Below, one piece after another: positions 8,096 through 15,283 of a DNA stretch of 17,453 nt. A program made the position numbers and the translations under genes. Origin of the DNA: Candidatus Fermentibacteraceae bacterium. Lineage in GTDB: Bacteria; Fermentibacterota; Fermentibacteria; Fermentibacterales; JCC-6. Every line of letters starts with the position of its first letter. The first letter of the stretch is position 1. The notes below the pieces were generated by a model. The model saw only the letters and a program-made list of their open reading frames with translations. It had not been told where the DNA came from and did not search any database. The stretch lies in the NCBI GenBank assembly GCA_041686025.1, contig JAWLEP010000049.1, positions 1 to 17,453 on the forward strand. Direction: 5' to 3'.

Positions 8096-8597
8096 GGTCC
8101 TCCTCTCCAGGGAACGGGCTCCCGCCGGGCGGCGGCCGCTCCGTGACCCTGACGGCTATCTCATCGGCAATCTGCTCGATCCGCTCCGAAAGGCGGGGGG
8201 AGAGAGAGCGGGTGAAGCCTTCCGGAGGATCTATCTCGATGGCGTAGAACAGTATCTCCGTGGGCATGGACAGACCCATGGAGCCGCCCAGCTCCAGGGC
8301 CTCGATTACGGACAGGTGATGAATGGAGTAGAGGGGGGAGTTGCTTCGAAGCTCGGCGGGCGACAGAGCCCGTAATGTTCCCGGGGGATGGCTTCCGGTG
8401 GAGACGGTGTCCACCACCACCAGCCGGCGGAACCCGTCCAGGCGGTCCAGGATGCAGATCCAGTCACAGGATGTGGGTATGACCTCCGGACCGCAGCTTC
8501 CGGAAAACCTGTCGCGGAGAAGCTCTGCGACCCTGTAGCCCGCGCCGTCGTCGCCCAGGATTGGGTTGCCCATTCCCAGGACAATGGTGTCAGGCAT
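8007..8597 (-). CDS. Hydrogenase maturation endopeptidase (HycI/HybD/HupD family)
   Basis: IVLGMGNPILGDDGAG, LVVVDTV, SIHHL, YAIE...LSP motifs; first gene of an operon ending in mvhGA. The C-terminal tail overlaps hdrC by 89 nt. Confidence 0.9.
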   Translation of the reverse strand: MPDTIVLGMGNPILGDDGAGYRVAELLRDRFSGSCGPEVIPTSCDWICILDRLDGFRRLVVVDTVSTGSHPPGTLRALSPAELRSNSPLYSIHHLSVIEALELGGSMGLSMPTEILFYAIEIDPPEGFTRSLSPRLSERIEQIADEIAVRVTERPPPGGSPFPGEEDHAREDQPEHEPPDPSGQADRPGGVRQEAG

Positions 8598-8679
8598 GTG
8601 CTGTGCCCCAGACTTGGCAAGCCCGGATTGCGGGCAGCGAACGAAGCAACTTATGCACTACCAAATCAGTATCTTTGTA

Positions 8680-8710
8680 GGAATAGAATCCCCTCCCCAA
8701 TACGCGTCAA
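8680..8710 (-). promoter_or_regulatory. Possible sigma70-type promoter for the leftward operon
   Basis: Minus-strand TTGACG (8710-8705) in a locally AT-rich patch; -10 element weak (TCTATT at 17 bp, TATTCC at 19 bp). Confidence 0.25.
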
Positions 8711-8918
8711 CCACGGGGAGTGCCGTCGGCGGCAAATCCTATACAACTGGTGCTAGATCTTCCCGCCTCTGCTGCCCCGTCCCCTTTCGGCACCGCGCCC
8801 GGACTGCCAGCGGGCTAAGACCCTCCATGGCAGGAAGCTGAGGAGGGGCCCCTGCGCCCGTTTGCCACCGTGGCCAGGGGGAAGCGGCAGGCCCGCGATG
8901 ACCTGTCCTCGAAGATGC

Positions 8919-8948
8919 TTGACAGCGATCTCCGGAAGTAGCCATCCT
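8919..8948 (+). promoter_or_regulatory. Putative sigma70-type promoter for the rightward hdrA-mvhD* operon
   Basis: Perfect -35 TTGACA (8919-8924), 18 bp spacer, -10-like CATCCT (8943-8948); ~150 nt upstream of ATG 9100. Confidence 0.5.
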
Positions 8949-8978
8949 CCACGCAATGAAACGTTTAGGGCCGCTGGA

Positions 8979-8996
8979 ATGTGCGCCGGTTCACAT
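8979..8996. promoter_or_regulatory. Putative Rex- or CRP/FNR-family operator
   Basis: ATGTGCGCCGGTTCACAT: TGTG-N8-CACA dyad, 9/10 match to TGTGA-N6-TCACA; right half TTCACA matches the Rex half-site. Confidence 0.4.
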
Positions 8997-9016
8997 GCCG
9001 GCGGTCGACTGCATGG

Positions 9017-9048
9017 CGGAAAGCCATCGGGCTCCCGATGCCTTTCCG
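9017..9048. repeat. Near-perfect 32 bp inverted repeat in the hdrA2 leader
   Basis: CGGAAAG-C-CATCGGG-CT-CCCGATG-C-CTTTCCG: 14 of 15 arm positions complementary. Confidence 0.75.
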
Positions 9049-9099
9049 AACCCGAGAGGCCATGGCCATCGTCGCAGCACCACACAGAGGGACCGGGCA

Positions 9100-11496
9100 A
9101 TGAATGATGACAGCGGCGTGAGGATCGGCGTTTACGTATGCCACTGCGGGGGGAACATCTCCGAGGTGGTGGATGTGGAGGATGTGCGGGCGTTCGCGGA
9201 ATCCCGGGAGGGCGTGGTGTTCGCCAGGGACGACACGCACATGTGCTCGGACATCGGCCAGCAGATGGTGCTGAACGACATCCGCGAGCACGGTCTGGAC
9301 AGGGTGGTGATAGCCGCCTGCTCTCCCCAGTTCCAGGGCGAGACCTTCATGAGGGTGATGGAGAAGGCGGGCCTCTCCCCCTACCTGCTCAGCATGTCCA
9401 ACATCCGCGAGCAGTGCGCCTGGCCGCACTTCGACCGACCCGCCGAGGCCACGGCAAAGGCCAGGAGCCTGGTAGGGGCCGCCATCGCCAGGGTAAGGCA
9501 CGCCGAGGCCCTGGAGAAGAAGGTCATGCCCATCGGGAAGAGGGTGCTGGTTGTAGGGGGAGGCATCGCCGGAATACAGGCGGCGCTGGACCTGGGCGAC
9601 GCAGGCTTCGAGGTATACCTGATCGAAAAGGAGCCCAGCATAGGCGGGCACATGGCGCAGCTCTCCCGCACCTTCCCCACGGAGGACTGCTCGGCCTGCA
9701 TCCTCAGCCCCAAGATGGCCGACGTCCCCGCCAACGAGAACATCCATCTGATGACCTACACCGAGGTGAGGGACATAGACGGCTACCTGGGCAACTTCAC
9801 CGTCCGGGCCACCAGGAAGCCCCGCTACGTGGACGCCGAGAAGTGCGTCGCCTGCGGCGACTGCGAGGACGCCTGTCCCGTGGAGGTGCCCGACGGGTTC
9901 CAGGAGGGGCTGCGGACCAGGAAGGCCATCTACGTCCCCTTCGACTTCGCCGTCCCCCAGGCGAACCTGATCGACATGGACGCCTGCGTCTCCTGCGGCA
10001 GGTGCGTCAGGGCCTGCAAGGAGGACGCCATCGACTTCGACGACACCCCCGAGGAGATCGAGCTGAAGGTGGACACCATAGTGGTGGCCACCGGCTACGA
10101 CACATTCGACCCTTCGGAGAAGAAGGTCTACGGCTACGACAGGTACGATAACGTGATAACGGCCATGGAGATGGAGCGGATCATAGTCAACGCCGCCGAG
10201 GGCAGCCCGGTCAGGGACCCGGGGAAGAGGATAGGCTTCGTCCAGTGCGTGGGCTCCCGGGACGAGCAGATCGGAAGGGAGTACTGCTCCAAGGTGTGCT
10301 GCATGTACGCCACCAAGCTGGCCAGCCTGCTGAAGCACTCCGGACCGCACCGCGACATCTACGTCTTCTACACCGATCTCCGGGCCTCGGGCAAGGGCTT
10401 CGAGGAGTACTACAAGCGGGCCCAGGACATGGGGGTGAAGTACGTCCGGGGACGGGTGGCCGAGATAGCCGGAGACTCCCCCGAAGGCAAGGTTACGGTC
10501 AAGGTGGAGGACACCCTCACCAGACAGGTGATGGAGGGCGAGTTCGACACCGTGGTGCTGTCGGTGGGAATGGGGCTGTCGGCCTCCTCCGAGGGGATCG
10601 CCGACATGCTCAAGCTGGCCAGGAGCGAGGACGGCTTCCTCAAGGAGGCCCATCCCAAGTTCAAGCCGGTGGACACCAACAAGGAGGGCGTCTTCCTCGC
10701 CGGGACCGTACAGGCCCCGCGGGACATACCGGACACGGTGGCCTCGGCCAGCGCCGCCGCCTCCCGGGCCATCCGGCTGATGAACAGGGGCGAGTATCCC
10801 CTGGCGCCCCGGACCGCCTTCGTGCGGGAGGAGGCCTGCGACGGCTGCGGCCTGTGCGTGGCCGGGTGCCCCACGGCGGCCATATCCATCGAGGAGGGCC
10901 TGGCAGCGATCAACGACACCCTCTGCCTGGGGTGCGGCAGCTGCATCGCCGACTGTCCCCGGGAGGCGATTGACCTCCATCTCTTTACCTGCAGCCAGCT
11001 CGGGGACGAGATCGCGGCGGCCCTGGAGGGCAAGGCGGAGGACGAGGTCCGCGTCCTGGTGTTCGCCGACGACACCTGCACCTACAGACTGGCCGACTCG
11101 GTGGGCACGGCGAAGCGGTCCTACACTCCGGACTCGGTGCTGGTCCGCACCCCCAGCTCGGCCCGGATCACCCCGGCTCTGATGCTGCGGGCCTTCGCCC
11201 TGGGCGCCGACGGGATACTGATAGGAATGTGCGAGGACAGGTCCTCGCCTTACCCGCATGCGGGAGAGGCCACCCGCCGCAACATGGACAGGGCCAGGGC
11301 GGTCCTGGAGGAGGAGGGGGTCGATCCCGACAGGATCCGCTTCGCCACCTTCGTCACCGTGATGATCGGCGGCTTCGTGAGCACGGTGAACGGCCTGGCC
11401 GACCGCGCCGGGAGCCTCGGGCCAATTCCCGAGCGGAAGCGGAAGGCTCTGGTGGAGGGTCTGGGCGACAGACTGTTCGGCGAGGGGAGCGGCTGA
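9100..11496 (+). CDS. hdrA: HdrA fused to a C-terminal degenerate MvhD-like domain (~798 aa)
   Basis: Start revised from 8956 to 9100 (SD GAGGGA; homology begins at RIGVYVCHCGGNIS). HMCS, AACSP, NIREQCAW, LVVGGGIAG, TFPTEDCSAC, four CxxCxxCxxxC motifs, QCVGSRD, YCSKVCCMYATK, KGFEEYY, EAHPKFKP; from ~11047 MvhD-like (RAFALGADGILIGMC, GVDPDRIR). Confidence 0.95.
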   Translation: MNDDSGVRIGVYVCHCGGNISEVVDVEDVRAFAESREGVVFARDDTHMCSDIGQQMVLNDIREHGLDRVVIAACSPQFQGETFMRVMEKAGLSPYLLSMSNIREQCAWPHFDRPAEATAKARSLVGAAIARVRHAEALEKKVMPIGKRVLVVGGGIAGIQAALDLGDAGFEVYLIEKEPSIGGHMAQLSRTFPTEDCSACILSPKMADVPANENIHLMTYTEVRDIDGYLGNFTVRATRKPRYVDAEKCVACGDCEDACPVEVPDGFQEGLRTRKAIYVPFDFAVPQANLIDMDACVSCGRCVRACKEDAIDFDDTPEEIELKVDTIVVATGYDTFDPSEKKVYGYDRYDNVITAMEMERIIVNAAEGSPVRDPGKRIGFVQCVGSRDEQIGREYCSKVCCMYATKLASLLKHSGPHRDIYVFYTDLRASGKGFEEYYKRAQDMGVKYVRGRVAEIAGDSPEGKVTVKVEDTLTRQVMEGEFDTVVLSVGMGLSASSEGIADMLKLARSEDGFLKEAHPKFKPVDTNKEGVFLAGTVQAPRDIPDTVASASAAASRAIRLMNRGEYPLAPRTAFVREEACDGCGLCVAGCPTAAISIEEGLAAINDTLCLGCGSCIADCPREAIDLHLFTCSQLGDEIAAALEGKAEDEVRVLVFADDTCTYRLADSVGTAKRSYTPDSVLVRTPSSARITPALMLRAFALGADGILIGMCEDRSSPYPHAGEATRRNMDRARAVLEEEGVDPDRIRFATFVTVMIGGFVSTVNGLADRAGSLGPIPERKRKALVEGLGDRLFGEGSG

Positions 11497-11903
11497 TGGA
11501 GATCAGAAGGCTCATCGTTACCGACGAGGCCGTGGAGCTCACGGCCAGGGTTTCGGAGCTCAGCGGGGAGTCCGTCACCAGGTGCGACCAGTGCGGAACC
11601 TGCTCCGCCAGCTGCCCCATGGTGGCGGAGATGGACATCACGCCGTCGCAGATGATGAGGATGGTGCAGCTGGGGCTTCCGGAGGTGATGGAGACCAGGG
11701 CCATGTGGCTCTGCGCCTCCTGCTACGCATGCACCGTCCGCTGCCCCCGGGGCCTGGACCTCTCCAGGGTTGCGGAGGCGCTGCGGCAGATCACCCTGCG
11801 GCAGGCCATCGACTACATTCGCATAGAGGAGATCCCCCCAGAGGAGCTGGAGCGGCTTCCCCAGGTGGCCCTGATCAGCGCCATGAGAAAGTTCACGGGA
11901 TGA
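11496..11903 (+). CDS. hdrC: Heterodisulfide reductase subunit C (135 aa)
   Basis: Start at TGATG overlap with the hdrA2 stop; CDQCGTCSASCP and MWLCASCYACTVRCPRGLD; ends SAMRKFTG like the paralog's SAYRKLST. Confidence 0.93.
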   Translation: MEIRRLIVTDEAVELTARVSELSGESVTRCDQCGTCSASCPMVAEMDITPSQMMRMVQLGLPEVMETRAMWLCASCYACTVRCPRGLDLSRVAEALRQITLRQAIDYIRIEEIPPEELERLPQVALISAMRKFTG

Positions 11904-11911
11904 GGTCTCAG

Positions 11912-12823
11912 ATGAGGATACCGTACTACCCCGGATGCACACTGAAGACGAAGGCCGACAGCTTCGAGACATCCGCCCTGGCTGCGGCGGCGAGGCTGGG
12001 GGTGGACCTGGTGGAGCTGCCCAGATGGAACTGCTGCGGCGCAGTCTACTCACTGGCGGACGATGACCTGATCCACCACGTGGCGGCGGTCCGGAACCTG
12101 GTCCGGGTGCAGGAGATGAACGAAAGCGGCCTGGTGGAGGACGAGCTCCGGCTGGTCACCCTTTGCTCCATGTGCTTCAACACACTGAAGCGAAGCAATC
12201 TCCGCATGCTGGAGAACCCCGAGGACCTGGAGAAGATCAACGCCCTGATGGACCGGGAGGACGACTACCTGGGGAAGGTGGAGGTTGTCCACTTCCTGGA
12301 GATCCTTCGGGAGATCGGTTTCCAGCGGATCGGCGAGCTGGTGGAGAGGCCCCTGGCCGATCTCAGGATCGCCCCCTACTACGGATGCATGCTGCTGCGT
12401 CCCGCCGAGGCCGGCATCGATGACCCCGAAGAGCCCTCGGTGCAGGAGGAGCTGCTCTCGGCCCTGGGGGCCGAGCCGGTGGACACCCCGTACAAGAAGG
12501 TCTGCTGCGGCAGCTACCAGACCGTGAGGGACCCGTCCGCGGTGGCCGGCCTGGCCTACGACATTCTGGAGCACGCGCGGAGCGCGGGGGCGGAGGCCGT
12601 GGTCACCAGCTGCCCACTCTGCGCCTTCAACCTGGACTCGCGCCAGAGGGAGGTCCGGGAAGAGCATCCCTCCTTCCAGGAGATCCCTGTACTCTACTTC
12701 ACCCAGCTGATGGCGCTGGCCCTGGGCCTGGGGGCGGACCGATGCGGATTCCACCGCAACTACGTGAACCCGGAGCCGCTGCTGAGACACAAGGGCCTTA
12801 TTCGGGAGGAGGACCATGGATAA
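11912..12823 (+). CDS. hdrB: Heterodisulfide reductase subunit B (~303 aa; alternative start 11900)
   Basis: MRIPYYPGC...WNCCG...CSMC; YYGCMLLRP...VCCG...CPLCAFNLD; IPVLYFTQLMALALG. Confidence 0.94.
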   Translation: MRIPYYPGCTLKTKADSFETSALAAAARLGVDLVELPRWNCCGAVYSLADDDLIHHVAAVRNLVRVQEMNESGLVEDELRLVTLCSMCFNTLKRSNLRMLENPEDLEKINALMDREDDYLGKVEVVHFLEILREIGFQRIGELVERPLADLRIAPYYGCMLLRPAEAGIDDPEEPSVQEELLSALGAEPVDTPYKKVCCGSYQTVRDPSAVAGLAYDILEHARSAGAEAVVTSCPLCAFNLDSRQREVREEHPSFQEIPVLYFTQLMALALGLGADRCGFHRNYVNPEPLLRHKGLIREEDHG

Positions 12824-13604
12824 CGACAGCACCCCTTCGGAGGGCAAGAGGCTGGACCTGGAAGAGATAATGTCGCGGATCTCCGAGGCCAGCAGGCAGG
12901 TGGTCTCCGGTGTTGAAACCGAGAAGGTGAAGAACTGGGTGACCATCCACATCATGGGAAGGGCATACCGGGTTCCCGCCGACCTCACCATCCTCACCGC
13001 CATGGAGTACGCGGGCTACAGGTTCGTGCGGGGCGTGGGATGCAGGCAGGGCTTCTGCGGCGCCTGCTCCACCCTCTACAGGAGGGAGGGTGATTACCGG
13101 CTGCAGGCGGGCCTGGCGTGCCAGACCCGGGTGGAGGACGGGATGTACCTGGTCCAGATCCCCTTCAGCCCCGCGGCCAAGCCCCCCTACGACATCTCGG
13201 AGCTGGACTGCGACGAGAGCACCCTCTTCGAGTTCTACCCCGAGCTGGCCAGGTGCGTGTCCTGCAACACCTGCACCAAGGCCTGTCCCCAGGACATCGA
13301 GGTGATGGACTACGTCCAGGCGGCCATCAAGGGCGACTTCGAGGCGCTGGCCGAGGGCTCCTTCGACTGCATCCAGTGCGGCCTCTGCGCCATAAGGTGC
13401 CCGGCGGAGATCGTCCAGTACAACGTGGGGCAGCTGGGCAGAAGGCTGTACGGAAGGTACGGGAGTCCCGAGCCGGAGCACCTTGCGAGACGGCTGGAGG
13501 AGATCGAGGCCGGCGAGTTCGACGAGGGTCTGGACCGGCTGGTGGCCATGGACCGGGAGGAGCTGGAGAGGCTCTACGCCGAAAGGGAGAGGGAGAAGGA
13601 GTAG
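12816..13604 (+). CDS. SdhB/FrdB-like iron-sulfur protein (paralog 2, 262 aa)
   Basis: CRQGFCGAC...LACQT; CVSCNTCTKACP; CIQCGLCAIRCP; SD GGAGGAGG; clearly similar to 3520..4305. Confidence 0.9.
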   Translation: MDNDSTPSEGKRLDLEEIMSRISEASRQVVSGVETEKVKNWVTIHIMGRAYRVPADLTILTAMEYAGYRFVRGVGCRQGFCGACSTLYRREGDYRLQAGLACQTRVEDGMYLVQIPFSPAAKPPYDISELDCDESTLFEFYPELARCVSCNTCTKACPQDIEVMDYVQAAIKGDFEALAEGSFDCIQCGLCAIRCPAEIVQYNVGQLGRRLYGRYGSPEPEHLARRLEEIEAGEFDEGLDRLVAMDREELERLYAEREREKE

Positions 13605-13607
13605 CCG

Positions 13608-15266
13608 ATGGCTGAGCTCGAGTACATAGAGGGATACCCGGCATACATGCACGAGCTCCTGCAGAGGGTGCACGCCACCAGGGACAGAAGGAAGGACCAG
13701 GTCCCGGAGGCCATGACGCCGCAGGAGCAGCAGGAGGTGCTGAAGCTCCACCCCGACTACGCCCCGGGGGGCAAGCGGAAGATCTCCGTGGGTCCGAACA
13801 GGGGCGACATCGCCCCCGACGCCGTTGCGGACCTGCTGGAGGCCTATCCGCTGGTGGAGCACGGGGAGATCGACGTCTCCGAGCCGGACTACGACGTGGA
13901 CGTGCTGGTGATCGGCGGCGGCCTGGCGGGGACCACCGCGGCCATCTGGGCCAACATGGAGGGCATACCCGCCGACAGGATACTGCTGGCCAACAAGCTG
14001 CGGCACGGCGACGCGAACTCCATCATGGCCGAGGGCGGCACCCAGGCCGCCGACCGGGACGCGGACTCGCTGGAGCGGCACTACCTGGACTCCATCGGAG
14101 GCGGCCACTTCACCAACAAGCCCGACGTGCTGCGCGGCCTGGTTGAGGACGCCCCCCTGATCATGCGCTGGCTCCACCAGCTGGGCGCCATGATAGACCG
14201 CGACGAGAATGGCGACTTCGTGGAGAAGTGGGGCGGCGGCACCTCCATCCGAAGGCTACATTCCTGCAAGGACTACACGGGGCTGGAGGAGCTACGGGTC
14301 ATCCGGGACGAGTTCAGGGGCCGGGAGATCGGGTGCGTGGAGCACTACCCGGCCATAGAGCTTCTCACCGATGCGGAGGGCAGGGTCTCCGGAGCCGTTC
14401 TCTACAACCTGGAGACCGGCGAGTACAGGGTGGCCAGGGCCAAGGCCACCATCCTGGCCACCGGCGGGTTCGGCCGGCTGCACATCCGCGGCTTCCCCAC
14501 CACCAACCACTACGGGGCCACGGCCGACGGCCTGGTTCTGGCCTACAGGGCCGGAGCAAAGCTCCGGGACACCGATACCGTTCAGTACCATCCCACCGGC
14601 GCCGCCTATCCCATTCAGATCGTGGGCTACCTGCTCACCGAGAAGCTCCGCAGCTCGGGGGCCCAGCCGGTGAACGTGGACGGCGAGGCCTTCGTGTTCC
14701 CCCTGGAACCCCGGGACGTGGAGGCCTCGGCCATCATCCGGGAGTGCTACGTCCGCAACAGGGGCATCGATACGCCTTCGGGCCTTCGGGGCGTGTGGCT
14801 GGATACGCCCATGATAGAGGTGAAAAACGGAAGGGGATACACCGAGAAGGCCTTCCCCGGGATGATCCGCATGTTCAACCGTTACGACATCGACATGCGC
14901 AAGAATCCGGTCCTCATCTTCCCCACCCTTCATTACCAGAACGGAGGGGTGGAGACCGACCCCCAGGGTCACAGCTCCGTAGAGGGACTCTGGGTGGCGG
15001 GAGAGGTGTCCGGCGGCGTCCACGGCAAGAACCGCCTGATGGGCAACTCCACGCTGGACACCATGGTTTACGGCCGCAGATCGGGAATCTCCGCAGCCGA
15101 GTACGTGAGGTCGGGCGCGGAGGCCGGCAGCCTGACGCTGCAGCATCAGAAGGCCTACGTGGAGATGCTCAGGGACGCCGGCGTGGAGCCGGAGAGGCGC
15201 TCCCCCATGATTCTGCCCGAGTATCGGGGCAAGGAGGCCCTGGCCCGGATGATCGACGTGTTCTGA
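13608..15266 (+). CDS. SdhA/FrdA/NadB-family flavoprotein (paralog 2, 552 aa)
   Basis: DVLVIGGGLAG, LRHGDANSIMAEGG, ATGGFGRLH, QYHPTG, LLTEKLR, EPRDVEA, PTLHYQNGG, GVHGKNRLMGNS; colinear with 1844..3520. Confidence 0.92.
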   Translation: MAELEYIEGYPAYMHELLQRVHATRDRRKDQVPEAMTPQEQQEVLKLHPDYAPGGKRKISVGPNRGDIAPDAVADLLEAYPLVEHGEIDVSEPDYDVDVLVIGGGLAGTTAAIWANMEGIPADRILLANKLRHGDANSIMAEGGTQAADRDADSLERHYLDSIGGGHFTNKPDVLRGLVEDAPLIMRWLHQLGAMIDRDENGDFVEKWGGGTSIRRLHSCKDYTGLEELRVIRDEFRGREIGCVEHYPAIELLTDAEGRVSGAVLYNLETGEYRVARAKATILATGGFGRLHIRGFPTTNHYGATADGLVLAYRAGAKLRDTDTVQYHPTGAAYPIQIVGYLLTEKLRSSGAQPVNVDGEAFVFPLEPRDVEASAIIRECYVRNRGIDTPSGLRGVWLDTPMIEVKNGRGYTEKAFPGMIRMFNRYDIDMRKNPVLIFPTLHYQNGGVETDPQGHSSVEGLWVAGEVSGGVHGKNRLMGNSTLDTMVYGRRSGISAAEYVRSGAEAGSLTLQHQKAYVEMLRDAGVEPERRSPMILPEYRGKEALARMIDVF

Positions 15267-15283
15267 CCCCCCGCCGGGTCAGA
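15262..15283. terminator. Hairpin at the convergent gene junction (possible bidirectional terminator/pause)
   Basis: TCTGACCC-cccgcc-GGGTCAGA 8 bp stem containing both stop codons; no U-tract. Confidence 0.35.

Noticed and set aside
8821..8868. Resemblance to SRP 4.5S (AGGAAGC) on + and c-di-GMP-I (GGCAAAC) on -
   Set aside because: Only short word matches; the required GNRA-capped helices and partner motifs are absent.
8712..8908. Cobalamin-riboswitch-like fragments (GGGAG..AAATCC..CTGCCCC..GCCACCG..GGGAAG..GACCTG)
   Set aside because: Lacks the conserved ACTGT and AGYCAG elements, spacing is wrong, and it lies upstream of the best promoter candidate.
8956..9099. 48 aa N-terminal extension of hdrA2 from ATG 8956
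   Set aside because: No SD, atypical composition, lies at the predicted TSS and over hairpins; homology and an SD support ATG 9100.
8566..9107. Short intergenic ORFs (8566..8841, 8739..8945, 8753..9100, 8862..9107)
   Set aside because: No SD, no codon bias, mutually overlapping; the region is better explained as a divergent promoter.
8965..11259. 764 aa - strand ORF (also 12050..13003, 12798..14177, 14292..15146, 16393..17316)
   Set aside because: Antisense shadows of hdrA2, hdrB2, the Frd-like genes and the GHMP kinase.
1..11496. Selenocysteine in HdrA/MvhD/MvhAG
   Set aside because: No in-frame TGA at Cys positions in these ORFs; the MvhA C-terminal motif is outside the window and cannot be assessed.
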